Assembly (NCBI GenBank): GCA_025201805.1
Contig: MU619387.1
Location: 1 to 64,000 of the forward strand
DNA length: 64,000 nt
Source of the DNA: Parasitella parasitica NRRL 2501
Taxonomy: Eukaryota; Fungi; Mucoromycota
Reading direction: 5' to 3'
The translations under genes and the position numbers were made by a program. The notes under the pieces are model-generated. The model ran no database searches. It saw nothing but the letters and a program-made list of their open reading frames with translations, and was not told the origin of the DNA. Shown piece after piece: positions 50,611-64,000 of this stretch. Each line of letters opens with the position of its first letter. Within the stretch, counting starts at the first letter, position 1.

Positions 50611-53287
50611 ATGTCGTATAGTTCCATAGGCGAAGGATCGTCTTCAACAAATCACCAGCTAAATACTCACAAAGGCAAAGAGAAATATTCACCAACAACT
50701 CAACAGGAAACACAATCTTTGGACACCAGTCAAGCGCAAAGGCCGCTACTTGGATCTCCTTCAGCGCAGTATGGTGCCATAGGCTCTTCATCCTCCTCCC
50801 AGCAATTTCTTCAGCAGGGCCAACAATCAAACAACCAAACACCAACGCCCTCTATTCGCAGCCGTTCTCAAAAAACATGTACATATATCGCAATAACCAT
50901 CACCACCTGCAGCGCCATTATTCTGTTCTGTCTACTATGGTTTGCTCCCACATTTGCCCAACGTTCCGTTAAAGACGGCGTTGCATTTAGTTTTCAAAAA
51001 GCATCGATCCTCAACGTCACAGACGACAACATCATTACTATGCATGTTGTCGGCAAGATTGAGCTGCAGCCTACGCTATTCAACCTACAAAACAAGTTCA
51101 ACAACATGTTTGGCACAATCGGCATTCAAGAAACTGAACTACAAGTGCATTACGAATCCAACGAAACCTCGGTGCTGTCATCCATGTCTATGGGCACTAT
51201 CGACCTGCCAGCGTTGGATCTGAATAGCCTTTCCTCAGTCACCACGTTCGACTTTGTTACTCGGTTCTTGATTGATGATACAGACGCATTGATGAATTTT
51301 TGCAAAGATGCTGTGGTGGCAAAGACAATCATGTGGCGTGTTGCTGGCCCGCTATCTGTTACGTTGGGCTGGCTGCCTTGGAAGTCGAATGTAAACCTGG
51401 ATAAAACTGTCGAATTGGAAGGCATGGATGGCTTGAAAAGAAATGATTTGCAATCGTTGGTCTTTCCTGGCCCACACCCTTTGGGCGGTGTATCCGTATC
51501 GGGGACAGTTGGGATCTATAATCCGTCGAGCGTACTGAGCTTGACATTGGGTGATATGGATTTTGGCATATTTTTACCGGCAGCATCACCAAATGAAAAG
51601 GACGTGCAAATGGCTGTTGTGCAATCTATCGACGCTGATCTTCAGGGAAATTGCATGAATTATTTCAACGTTACAGGTCGCACGCTGCCTATACCGCAAG
51701 ACAAAAGGTCACAGGCTTTGATGGAATCATTTTTGACAGGCTACCTTCATGGCAAACCTACCCGTGTCCATGTCAAAGGCAGCTCGTTTGGACCCGATGA
51801 CCAGCCGCAAAAAAAACATGTAAGCACTACACCACGCTGGCTCCGTAAAGCATTGGAATCTGTTGTATTGAGCGTTCCATTTCCCGGTGCCACCGAGACA
51901 GATCTGATTCAATCACTGGAATTGTCGCACATCAAAATCGACTTTTCAAGCACAGGAAACCCATTGATTTCAGGGGATGCCATTGCATTGCTCAAAAAGC
52001 CACAGGAGATGCAATTTCACATGGACGTGACAGAAATAGATCCCAGTGTATTCTTGTACCTGAACCCGGATTCCACTAAACCTTTTGCGCATGTCAAACC
52101 GAGCCGACCCTGCCCCGCCACCACAGAAGAAGGGGATGGCATCGATTTGCCATTAGGTACAATGCGAGTAAAATCGAGATTATACCGTGCTCCATTCAAA
52201 GTATTGCCAGATGGACAAAAAGATTTTGAAGAGTTTTTAAATCGAGTGTTCAACGAAAAGAAGGGAACAGTGTATATCCATGGCACCTCGGATGCCAAAG
52301 TAAATAGCCCTTTTGGACATTTGAACATTCGTGATCTCGAGTTCAATGGTGAGATTGAAACACAAGGCTTGCAAGGCATGCACCACCCACCGCCTCAAGT
52401 AACTGAAATGACAATCGTCAAGGGCTATCCAGATGCTTTACATGCTAGAACAGTGATAAGTATCTTCAGTCCTGCTGATGTGCACATTAATTTGGGAGGA
52501 TTGAACATGATGCTACTCTTCAACGGCCATGTGATTGGTAACACAACTATAACAGAACTGTCCCTGGAACCAGGCGTGTTTAACGAACTAACCGTATCTG
52601 CTTGGCTATTTGGTGGTAATAAGCATGTCATTGATTTCATAGGTCAATTCATTTCAAATGGTATATTAAACATGATCATTTCTGTGCACGAGGCTCATCC
52701 AACCAAGCTAATGTTTTTATGCATATGATTTCATAGGTATTGCCACGACTAGCAATGTTACTCTCACTATTTCAGGGAATCACCCTAACCCTTCCAAGTC
52801 GAAATTCCTACAAAAATTTTTACGAAATCTATCATTCGATGTCCAAGCGCCGCCATTCGACAAAGAACCACTACTAGCAGATTGTCAAGTGAACATTCTG
52901 TCGTCCACGGTGATTATGAGTCTCAGAAATCCATTCCCTGACATCGAAATGGCCATCAATAAGATCAATGCATCTGCGACGTATGAAATCTACGAAATCG
53001 GCAGAATGGTGGCCGATTTCGAAGATACAGCAGAGGGATGGAAAGGCCCTCTCTTGCTGCCACCGCCCAATTGCGATATAGATAGCTGCGAAGGGATAGT
53101 CGTGAGATCAGAAAAGATACCCGTCATAACCAAAGAATTGGGTTATGAAGCCATTAAGAAAGCATTAGGCGGTTCAATTGAAGTGTCAGTCGACAGCCAA
53201 GTTGCTGTCATGATCGATCAGTTTGAATTGAGAGATTTAGCGTATCGACAAAATAACATTACTGCCAAAGTAAGAAAAGGATTCTGA
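50611..53287 (+). CDS. Tag1/DUF3712 (LEA-2-like repeat) type II membrane protein, probably vacuolar; intron ~52662-52736
   Basis: Cytosolic N-terminus with RPLL dileucine, single TM, repeated beta modules (LEGMDGL, IYNPS..L.LG, QGLQGM, LRNPF). Confidence 0.7.
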
Positions 53288-54455
53288 AAATGTATTACAC
53301 ACGTGTAACTTTGTTTGTTCAAAAAAAAAAAAACAATAAAAACTTCATTGTTGGGTACCACTATGCAGTATCTCACTTCGAACACTATCTACATATGCAT
53401 ATGTTTTGGCACAAAACCCAAATTTCGCTTGCAATATTAGCTTTCTATTCTTGTTGGAAAAAGGGAGAGGGGGGGGGGAGGGAGGTTTCTACGTTTCTAA
53501 ATTGGCAAGTTCAGAAAAACATCAAGTATAGGCTTCCAAGCAGCACTAAACTGTGAAAAACTCAAGATATTCCTTGACGTGGGATCAATCTTGGTGCAAA
53601 GGCGCAAGATAACACTCTTCATTATTTAGCAGTTTGATCATTTTAGTTTTTCGAGACTATGATTGCTTCTGTTCATTTTCAAAGATATCCTCCTTGGTAA
53701 AAGCATAATTCAAACCACTCGATATCTGAAGATTCATCCACTACCTATAACACATACCAGTATTGATAGGCCTGATCCATAGGGCAACGACTCTTTGTTT
53801 TGATTGTGCTGCGATTTTCTTCAAATCGTGTTTATCTTTTACCTTGATCTAGTCCTGGAAATGCCTCTCCGGCACATTTGCAATAATCCAAAATCAGGTT
53901 ATCACCATTGCAAGATGAAGAATAAATCGATATTAACTCATATCCAAAGAGTTTGACGAAGCGCACAGACAATTACATGTGCATTCATCCTAGCAGATCA
54001 TTTCTCATCTGACCACTCAACCAATCATTTTGTCTGTATATGGATTGCTCCAGAGGGAACATCTACAACGCACCTTCTAGCTGTGTGGTAATAGAGGTTG
54101 TGAGTACATTTAAGGATTGATAATGAGCCCTTGTACTTTTGGATCTTTATACTTGTTTATTCAAAGACGTCATTTACAAAGTTCACCAAACAAAGTGCAA
54201 TTCAACTTACCTAAAAAGCGATATTTGGCACCCGAGGCACACCAAAAGGTAATAGACTAAATAAGTAAAAAAATAACCACACAACCAATAATGTGCACCA
54301 TCTTAAATGAACCTCCCCCAGGCCCCTTTTCATGATCCCCCCCCCCCCTCACTCCTTTCAACTAAAAATTCAATGTTACATTTGTAGCGTTTTTTCTTTC
54401 AGCTTTTCTTTATTGTTGTTATTCATTTCTTTCTTTCCTTTATCTCTTTTGAAAA

Positions 54456-55490
54456 ATGCAATCAAAATCAATCAATTTGATCATTTTGCTTGTAGCTCTA
54501 TTGCTGGTGCAAGACATTAGAGCTCAGTTCCTATGCAATGTATTCGACACATGTACATCGTCGACGGGCGAACCTGGAGCATCTTCAACAAATCTACCCT
54601 CAGCATCGTCAAACGCTTCGACACCTTCTACTTCTAGTTCAGCCCCTCCTATACTATCAAGCTCCTCTGCTGTGCCCTCTTCATCCTCATCAATACTACC
54701 ATCTTCATCGGCTGCACTTCCAGTATCATCGTCATCATCATCTTCTCCAACCCCATCGTCCGTAACATCATCCAAGACTTCGAAAACTTCTTCTACCAGC
54801 AGCGGATCAAAGTCTTCTACTCTGCCTTCTGAATCCCCCACTACTACTCCCTCTGATGAAGGAGATTTACCTCCTCCTGGTAATAATAATATAGGTGCCA
54901 TTGTTGGATCTGTCTGTGGTTTTGTAGCTATCATTGGTGCAGGATTTGCTTATGCGTTCTTTTCCAAGACGAGAAGAAACAAACGCCGTAATAAGAGACT
55001 TGACAGCGAGAACGGTGATCTCTATAACAACTCTTACCACCCTGATCCATATAATAACACTCGTCCTTCCCCTGCCTTGGCTGCTTCTGCTGTTGCTGCA
55101 GCTGATGGTATCCATAGCAACAATAACCATGGACAATGGGATATGGCAGAGCAACAGTACAATTATAACAGCACCACAATGCCTATGGCTGCAGTTACTA
55201 CACAGGATTCTTATTACAGTTCTCCACAAATGGGGTATGCAGCTGAATCTGGCAACTATTATCATGGTCAAGAATACTACAACACAGGATATCAGCAACA
55301 GCAGCATTATGATCCTCAATATGATGCATATGCAGTTCAGCAACAATCGCCTGTAATGAATGCCAACATGGCTCCTCTTCCTAATCTGCCTCAACAGAAC
55401 GTTTCCTCAACACCCATTGCTACTACTAATTCGAATGTGTATCAAACGCCCCATAGCTATCCAGAAGAGTCAACTGCAGCAAATAAATAG
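54456..55490 (+). CDS. Mid2/Wsc-like single-pass cell-surface protein
   Basis: Signal peptide, S/T-rich stalk, TM IGAIVGSVCGFVAIIGAGFAYAFF, basic stop-transfer and Tyr-rich tail. Confidence 0.8.
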   Translation: MQSKSINLIILLVALLLVQDIRAQFLCNVFDTCTSSTGEPGASSTNLPSASSNASTPSTSSSAPPILSSSSAVPSSSSSILPSSSAALPVSSSSSSSPTPSSVTSSKTSKTSSTSSGSKSSTLPSESPTTTPSDEGDLPPPGNNNIGAIVGSVCGFVAIIGAGFAYAFFSKTRRNKRRNKRLDSENGDLYNNSYHPDPYNNTRPSPALAASAVAAADGIHSNNNHGQWDMAEQQYNYNSTTMPMAAVTTQDSYYSSPQMGYAAESGNYYHGQEYYNTGYQQQQHYDPQYDAYAVQQQSPVMNANMAPLPNLPQQNVSSTPIATTNSNVYQTPHSYPEESTAANK

Positions 55491-55997
55491 AATCCTTTCT
55501 TTAGTATAAACCTATATCCCTCTTTCTCCTTTGTCATAATATTTACTAACTATTTTTCTATTACTATACCGTTATTATTTTACTCGTTCATACGGTATTC
55601 ACCCCCTCCTCCTATTTTTTTTCTTTTTTCTTATACTATTATAACTATACAGTCATTGATCTGTCTTCCCTCCTTTTCATTTCACATTAGCTTACATATA
55701 TGTAAACAATGTTACAGACAATGACAAAAAGGAAAGTTACGGATATCTCCTTTTTCTATGATTTCTTTCTTCTTTCTCATCTGTCGCACACATTACAGTC
55801 GTATTGTACTGCGTCATTGCACAAGTTCATATATATATATGTATATTTATAAATAGAGAGAAAGAAACAATGAAATAAAAATTCACACATAATACAAACT
55901 GATTTGGCCTGTGTATATCTGTCGACACATTCAGTTTAGAATGCAATAACATGGCGCATTTCAAAAACGACAAAAAGTTTAATTATATCAGCAGCGT

Positions 55998-56772
55998 TTA
56001 CATGATCAAACATTGATCATTTTTAGACATCCTCTCAGTGAGACGGTCAAGCCATGATAGATCACCAGTACCTTGACCGAATTCTACGTAAAGACAACCA
56101 GGATTAGGGATATTCGGCTGGCAAGTGATCTGGTATTTCTTGACAAGCTCAATAATAGCTGGTTTCAATTTGGCAATCTGATTAGGGCTATGAAGACCTT
56201 TTCCGACAATAATAATAAGATCTTGTTCACCGTTTCTTTGGCAACGCTTTATAGCCTCTTCAACCTTTTCAGAGGCTTCCTTAACAAATAGACCATGTAG
56301 ATCAATCTCATTCGATGGTCGGTTTTGGTTTTTGACAGAGAAAATATGATCTGCTGCTTTCTGATTATAGCTTTTCATCAGGTTATCGTGATGGTGACCT
56401 AGGTTAGAAAGCTCCTTGGCTATAATGATATGTACATGTATATATTTTGTAAATGTTAATTCCTAATCACCCCTCTGACAAAATATCATTACCTTGTGCA
56501 CCATCACGGTTCTTGTATGCTATTTGACTTCTGGCATAGCAATCATTGCGCTTCTCAGCTTCTTCGTGTGCTTTAGAACGGAATTCAGAGTATACTTCAT
56601 CGTCACCATCTATATCCGCATAAATATCGCCACCACCAACTGGAAACGAATGAGGTTTGTGGTTGTTATCACTGTGATTACTGTTGCCTTGTTCATTCAT
56701 TACTTGTTTATAAATGTTGATGCCTTCCTTGACAACATGCTGTGCTTTATCCATAGACTGTGCATTACCCAT
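55998..56772 (-). CDS. DUF1771 plus Smr endonuclease-domain protein; intron 56420-56492
   Basis: R..A..EA..RN..Y..SQ.AY...DG..AK.LS..G, then IDLHGLFVKEA and IIVGKGLHS, NPG. Confidence 0.9.
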
Positions 56773-58583
56773 TTTAAACGAAAGCTAAAGAAGCTGTGTT
56801 CAATACAACAACAACAACAAAAAAATCTTTGACCCCTCTTGAACTTTTGTGTCCCCTTGAACGGGTGTTACATTCTCGCAAAATTTTAAACAACCTAATT
56901 CATACATCACTTGAAAGATAAGCCCTCGAGTAAGATGAAACAAGCTTCCATAACATCAAATTAATTATGTAATCCATACATGTATGCCTAAAAAGCAATT
57001 AATTACTGTACGAATTTTTTTTTTAATATCTAAATTACCCAATCCTACAATTATTGTACATTTATTGGAAAAGTCACTGTGTTTCGATGAGTAAATGCCA
57101 TAATAGAACAATTCTTGTCGTAAGAGGACTCTAGTATCTGGTTGGCAGACAGGCAACAATCAAGTACACTTGTATGCTGTATGTTTTATAGGCAATCTTT
57201 TGTTGTTTGAGGAGGAAAAAAAAAAAAAAAATACACACATTTGTGCACGGTTCCAAACAAATGAGTATGATATTGTACTATAATATATTTTTATACGCCA
57301 ATTGATTATATTGTGGTAATAAGCATGATGGGAGGAAGCAATAAAAATAAAAAAAAGCCTCAAGTAGCTACAAGTTTTCTTTATCAAATCGTAATTTTTG
57401 TAATTGTAATTGTCAGTAAACGTAATAATGTGACATCTGGGTATGATTGCATTTCCAGGGGGAAGAAATGATCTTGTTGCCGCCGATTCACCGAGAGGTC
57501 TCGGTGTTGCTAAACTCGCGTGCGTAAACAAAAGCGAGTTTTCTAGATAAAAGGTATCTAAAACGCTCATCTACTGCAGTATACATAAAGTTTGATGTCT
57601 TGTTGCCTACTGATCCTCACAATTTCTGGACAAGGATCTTGAAACATAGCTTGATTGAGTTTGGCTTTGAGATTTTTACTATTATTTGAACTTGTCCTTT
57701 ATTAAGCCTACCAGCTATGGTAACAAATGGAGTGAAAATAATCAGCGATTAGACAAAACTACAGCTTTGTCAACTATCAAATTAGCTAGACAAGAATAAA
57801 ATAAAGCCACCCTCTTGGCACATACAGTATAAGATTAGATGGCCCAATAGAGCAAGGTTCCGTGGATCTTCTACGCATTGTTGGCACCACAATATTTATG
57901 TCATGTACAGCGTTTGTAAATATTTCTTGTCAAAACTTGAAATGTTTTCGATTGTATCAGAAAAGAGCGTTGAGCATTTTTATCGGCTTTTAGCCTAGAT
58001 ATTTACGCTATAATTTAAAGCATCGATTTGGTTTGTGGGGGCAAGAAGAGTTTACCCGACTGAATATATAAATGCCACAGTCGATTTACTTGATTAAAAC
58101 TGTTGTAGGTATTTCATGCATACATCTTGGAAACCGGCGGCAATACATTTACAGCAGAAAATGGGAGGTCTTGGACAAGGCTTGAGCAAGCTATGTACAG
58201 TAAGCTAATATACGGTACCGTTCCATAGTAGCCAGTCATCGACCTGATTTGCTCTGTCGATGATATAATAATGATGATTTGGTAGCGATAATGTTGCTTC
58301 TAGACCCTGCGATTTGTACTAAACACCAAGTAATAAAGACTTGACATCTACTATATATATAGGCAGTACAAATCAGCGCAGGCTTTAAAAGAAAATGCTT
58401 CTTTAACCGATCAGCACATGGTGGTGGCACATTCCAACACACGATGTATGCCGTGCCATGTTGCAATAAGAATCCATTTCCTGGATTTAAAACTACGTGC
58501 GCAAAAATCTAATTAAATTTTCTCACTTTCTTCCCCCCCCCCACCATCTTATTCTTTATAATAGTAAACCTACCAAAACCACA

Positions 58584-60720
58584 ATGGACGAGATTGTTAG
58601 CCCAGCATTAATGAGACTTCGCAACAAACCAGAGACTCCACGTATTGATTTCACTGCTTACACTCAAGAAGATGGCACAACAGTCAGCACAAGAGACCGT
58701 GTTATTAAAGGTAAATCAGCTAATTTTTTTCTTTTTTCTTTTCTTTTCCGGTATTTGCTAAATCATCTCATTTCAGATGTGCCTGCACCTGCTGTAGCAT
58801 TGCCAACAGACGAAGAGTTTTGGAGCAAGGAGAGACCTGGCTTGCCCGACATCAAATTTTTAAAAGATCATTTTTATAGAGAAGGAAGGTTGTCAGAGGA
58901 GCAGGCATTGTATATTCTCGAGAAAGGCACCGAGATATTAAAATCAGAGCCCAACCTGTTGGAAGTCGGCGCCCCCATTACGGGTAACAATATGCTTGTC
59001 ATGTCAAAGGCTTGTGATTACGTATACTGAATGGATGCATTATAGTTTGTGGAGATATCCATGGCCAATACTACGATTTAATGAAGCTGTTTGAAGTTGG
59101 GGGTGATCCTGCTAATACAACCTATCTTTTCCTCGGCGATTATGTCGACAGAGGCTATTTTTCAATCGAGGTACGTTTTTTTTTTTTTTTTTCTTGTACA
59201 GATGAAGGCAAGGTTATTCAACCAACTTGGCATTTACTAGTGTGTTTTATATTTATGGTCGCTTAAAATGTGGTATCCGAATAGCTTCTTCTTACTGCGA
59301 GGTAATCATGAGTGCAGGCACTTGACAGATTATTTCACCTTCAAAATCGAATGTACAGTATGATGTTGGCGTTGCATTGCGTATAGTTAGTGACTGATTG
59401 CAATTGTAGGCCGTCATAAATACACCGAGAGTGTATACGAAGCATGCATGAGTTCGTTCTGTTCGTTGCCATTGGCAGCCATAATGAATAGACAGTTTTT
59501 GTGTATTCATGGCGGGCTTTCGCCTGAACTGCAGACATTGGATGACTTGAAAAAGGTAGGAAAAAACTTTGGTTTTGGTGGTGAAGAGAGTTACTCATGA
59601 TGCAAAAAGATTGATCGCTTCCGTGAGCCACCTACTCATGGTCTTATGTGTGACCTCCTCTGGTCAGATCCACTCGAAGAATTTGGACAAGAAAAGACGA
59701 ATGACACTTTCATTCACAATCATGTTCGAGGCTGTTCCTACTTTTTCAGCTACCATGCTGCATGTCAATTTTTGGAAAGAAACAATTTATTATCTATTAT
59801 TCGAGCTCATGAAGCACAGGATGCGGGGTATATCTGTATTCTACACATGCAGAATACAATAGTATTAACAGGACGTTTTTTTTCCCCTCATAGTTATCGC
59901 ATGTATCGAAAGAGCAAGACAACCTCGTTTCCTTCAGTGATGACCATTTTCTCCGCTCCCAACTACCTCGATGTGTACAACAACAAGGCTGCTGTGCTGA
60001 AGTACGAAAACAATGTCATGAATATCCGCCAATTCAACTGTACTCCTCACCCTTACTGGTTGCCTAATTTCATGGATGTGTTTTCTTGGAGCTTGCCTTT
60101 TGTGGGGGAGAAGAGTAAGTTTTAGGGATCCTGCATGACTGAATGACTGAATGACTGAATGACTGAATGAAACTGACATTTTGCCGTCTCCTAGTTACCG
60201 ATATGTTGATCGCAGTTTTGAATGTATGCAGTAAGGAAGAATTGGCTGAAGACGACAAGCAAATGCTAGAGGATAGCAACAAGTCTAATAATCTGGAGGA
60301 AGCAGAGCAGCGCAGAATAGTAATTCGAAACAAGATTATGGCTGTTGGTAAAATATCCCGTGTGTTCTCTGTTCTTCGTGAGAATTCAGAGCGTGTTACG
60401 GAATTGAAGTCATTATCTCCCACCGGGAAGCTGCCTTTGGGTACATTAGCATTGGGTGTCGAAGGACTGAAATCAGGTACGAGTATTCTGTCACTTGTTT
60501 ATACACATCATAACAATGGGCGACTGATCTGTGTTTCAAATAAATAGCAATTACCACATTTGAAGATGCTAAACGATCCGATTTGGAAAATGAGCGTCTG
60601 CCACCCACGCGTGAAGCCAAGGACCAGATGTTGAGAGAAGAGACCGACAGCAGAATCCGCACAGCAGTGAACGAGCAGGATGAAGAAATGGAGGAAGTCG
60701 TCCATGCCATGTTTCAATAA
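58584..60720 (+). CDS. cna: Calcineurin catalytic subunit A (PP2B), multi-exon
   Basis: [40 protein letters not shown], CaM-binding [19 protein letters not shown] and autoinhibitory [19 protein letters not shown]. Paralog not assignable. Confidence 0.96.
60135..60170. repeat. (TGACTGAA)n intronic tandem repeat
   Basis: About 4.5 copies seen directly. Confidence 0.85.
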
Positions 60721-60898
60721 ACTTACAATACACACATTTACAATGAAAAATCCCGAAATAAGTGATTGTTGTTGTAACACTAAACTTGTTCAAAAAGGAA
60801 ACGAATAAACATTTGCCTTTAAAAATTAAAAATAAAGGAGGGCAGAATGCATAATTTTCTTTCTTTTCTTCATTTCTCTACAACAAATCTCTAAAACC

Positions 60899-63547
60899 AT
60901 GAACGGAGTATTTCTTCGACAGTCAGTTTCGACTCCTCACACTACACCAAAGAAAAATAGACTGCCTAGCGATATTCACCTCTATCCTTACAGGGAGCCA
61001 ATTGACATTTCACTGAATTACAGCAGCAGCAGCAGCAGCTCAAGCTCAGGCTCAGGCTCACGGAATGGCTACTCACCTCCTCTACCCACCACAGACACTC
61101 CAGTGCAGCAAAGGATACAGAGAAAGCCTGTTGTCAGCAACCCAATGGTTCGATCTTGTCCAAACGAAAAGCCCCTGGCATGGAAAATGGCATCTCCCTC
61201 GCCAGCTGCCAGAACAAACCTTAAAAAGAACTATGCAGCGGCGGATACTGTACATCCCAGCAGAATCAGAAATAATACCCAAATCGCCCCCGTCAAACAG
61301 CCTGCCAAATCAATACCATCGTCTCCAGCGATATTGTCCAACAAAGAGAAGCGAGCAAGGACCAGACGTCATTCGCAAGGCTCACATTTGGCTTCGAGTA
61401 ACGCCACTACGGCAAAGCCTTTCTACACATCCTACGACGATCAATTAAAAAGTACAACTTCATTGGCCACCAGCACTGCTATTAACACCACCACCACCAC
61501 CACTACCACCGCCACCGCCACTACGACAACCAGCAGTGTCACTAAATCGAATACATTCTGGCATCCCAGAAGTGAACGTCCTTCTGAACCCTTGAAGCCA
61601 TTGAAGCGAGGCCTCAGCAAAAAGATTCGAGGATTGCTTCAACCACACCGCATGCAAATCGAGCAAGGAGCCTCGAACGAGCAGCACACCATTGATTGCC
61701 AAGAGAGCCTAAAAAGATGCCAAACACCTGTTTTGGACGATGACGAGAATCCCTTCCGCATCCTAAGGTTAGTAATCTTTTGTTATGATGCCATATCTTC
61801 AAACATCACATCCTAACTTTCCGCGGATCTAGCCATACAAGCAACGTCTCACCAAAGTATGGTACTCTGCAGTTCAACCAAGCCGATTTCGCTCAGATTG
61901 ATAGCTACGCATCCACTGTACAGCAGCGTGGACCTTTATTAACGCCTGTAATTCTATCGCAAAAATTTCTCGTCAGGCCCTATCGAAAAGAGCTGTTACG
62001 ATTAAGAGCGCTGTTTATTTGGATTGTGCAGAACATTAGGCCCGAATACCATCAAAGGCGGAATGACTTGTTATTGTTGCAGAAACAGCAGAATCAGCAG
62101 CAGTTAATGCAGCAGCAACAGAGTCAGGTGACACAGACCGTGGCATCGTCAAAATCGTCCAATATCCGACAGCGATTGAGCAGAATAGGAAATTCAGACG
62201 ACAGTTCTACAAACAAGAATCCAAATGAAATCACTGCGCAAAAGCTAGATGCCATGAATTTACTGCAGGAAGAAGCTGCATCGCTTATAGCAGAGACAAT
62301 GATATCCTCAGATTACATGGAAGAGTCTGCAGAAGAAGTTTTGGACAAGCGAAGCTGCAAATCATCATTCGGGATGGCACGTCTATTTGTGACCATGGCT
62401 TTAGCCGCTGGCTTTGAGGACGCTCGGGTGGTGTATGGTTATTTAAAAGGTTGTTATCATTAGGTAAAACGAGGCTAGAGGCTGGGATTACAGTATGACT
62501 AACACAACACACATTAGCTCCCAAAGATACAGTAGCCGCTTCCGAAAACAAGCTGCCGTTAAACCATGCTTGGTGTTCAGGTAAAATAGCACGCCACTGA
62601 CAATCATGACACTGACTAATCTTTTGTCTGTTGAAACAGTCAAGATTGAAGACGAATATCGCCTAATTGATTGCTGGCTGGCCTCCTCTTTCCATCCACA
62701 GAATGAAAGCAAAATCGAATCACATTGGTTTTTGGCGAAACCACACGACATGATTATGACACATTTCCCAAAGAATCACCACGAGCAGTACCTGAGCCCT
62801 CCTCTATCATCCTACGCGTTCTTTTTGCTGCCTTACATTCGTAATCCGTTCTTTTGGTATGGCATGCGTTTCCTGAAATACCACGTTCAGCTGCAAGAAG
62901 AGGAGCACAGCGTCTTTTACCTCAAATTTACGCTATCACAGACCAACATCAGTTGCTACGCCGAGACCGAAAGCGACGATGGTACTGCCACTCGTGGGTT
63001 GGCACAATGCATCACTGACGACTACGGAAACCGGACGTGTAAAGTGAAGGCTGTATTGCCGCCTCATCAAACAAGCGGATGGCTCAAAATATACGCAGGC
63101 CCCAAGGTCGTACCAGCTTCCTCTTCAGGACACCAACAACAACAGCAGCAGCACCAGGAAGTGGTGAACAAGAACCATTATCCGCTAGCTCTTTGCGTTC
63201 GCATCAACACACAACAACCATTAGTTGCACCCTTTGATTTCGTTCAGTTATACGTGGATCACAACGAATTCTACATACAAGAGCCTCAATGTCACCAGTT
63301 CTATCCTCTGCAGACATACCGTTTTTGCATCCGTGCAAACAGACTAGACTACAGAGCTACGCATCATAAATTGGCTGTCAGGAGTCCAAGCGGGAAGCTT
63401 GTTAAATTGACGTATTACCCTCAAGAGCAAGCGTACGATGGCACCGTCACCGTATCGGAAGCAGGCAAGTGGTCTCTTATTTGCTTGCTGCATCATACAG
63501 GTGGTTCCTGTACTGTTGCTAGTTGGTCGTGTAAATTGAAAAAGTAA
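60899..63547 (+). CDS. Cyk3/KY-like transglutaminase-fold protein, multi-exon
   Basis: RLRALFIWIVQNI, EVL...C...GMARLF..MA.AAG, GYLK, NHAW..VKI....RLIDC.LAS, H.P and FYIQEPQC. Confidence 0.75.
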
Positions 63548-63812
63548 ATTTTGTATTATTGTCGAAATATATATATCCATGCATAAAGTAGTAGTAGTAG
63601 TAGTAGTATTATACAAGCTTTCACCTACAGTACATGGGGCGTCTATTTTTGTTTGTCTAGTTTTTACTTTGTCAACGACATACAACTATGAGAACTATGT
63701 GCTGCTGATCATATTGCATTCGAGCTTATGCAGCAGATGCTTTATCAAATAAGGGCTTTTATTTAATCTTATAAAGAGAGGGGATATACAGAGCGTATAC
63801 GAGCAATACAGG

Positions 63813-64000
63813 CTATGCGTTGAAATAATTTCTGACCATATTCGTGGCATTTTCAGCTAAATCCTTCACAGCATCCAGGTCGAGCGCAGCTTGACCAACA
63901 AACTTTCGTGCCGCAGCTACTGCTTGATCCTGAACATTATCCCAATCGCCTGCATTGCTGTTACTGTAGGATGAGCTTCTTTGGTTATTCATATCAGATT
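63813..64000 (-). CDS. 3' end of a gene running off the window, possibly an ArfGAP2/3 (Glo3)-like C-terminus
   Basis: Open frame ..GDWDNVQDQAVAAARKFVGQAALDLDAVKDLAENATNMVRNYFNA* with amphipathic helical character; identity is a guess. Confidence 0.45.
   Translation of the reverse strand, partial: SDMNNQRSSSYSNSNAGDWDNVQDQAVAAARKFVGQAALDLDAVKDLAENATNMVRNYFNA

Noticed and set aside
36709-53287. Scramblase, flippase and Tag1-like genes as a lipid-transport cluster
   Set aside because: Separated by unrelated genes; no shared motif seen.
53560-54120. Coding-like composition suggesting a decayed gene or TE
   Set aside because: All frames I tried are interrupted and no domain was recognisable.
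57160-57570. 136-aa minus-strand ORF
   Set aside because: Runs through AT-rich low-complexity sequence; the hairpins explain the local GC better.

Overview
AT-rich, gene-dense eukaryotic DNA with short (~55-75 nt) spliceosomal introns. Gene content, intron size and style point to a Mucorales fungus, probably Mucor or a close relative (inference). About 27 protein-coding genes can be supported: GH47 mannosidase, RRP6, GH31 glycosidase, ADE6, a Dicer-like gene, Con7-type and GATA transcription factors, G-patch/DUF4187, a HAD phosphatase, DUF2415 WD40, PP2A-A, a Tim17-family protein, TMEM16/IST2, ERV29/SURF4, PRMT5, a P4-ATPase, Tag1/DUF3712-like, a Mid2-like sensor, an Smr protein, calcineurin A, a Cyk3-like protein and several small or unknown genes. 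Two of these small spliced genes are missing from the ORF track. A non-coding dispersed repeat family occurs at three loci. The strongest candidate for a new system is Dicer intron 4 (15419-15669). It is about four times the usual intron length and folds by eye into a nested ~175-nt stem-loop. It carries an in-frame stop that would give a helicase-only isoform and an in-frame ATG just past the stem base that would give a helicase-less isoform. The protein ends in a Dcr1-type CHCC zinc motif. Together these suggest intronic-hairpin autoregulation of a fungal Dicer. All structures and alignments were read by eye; nothing was computed or searched.
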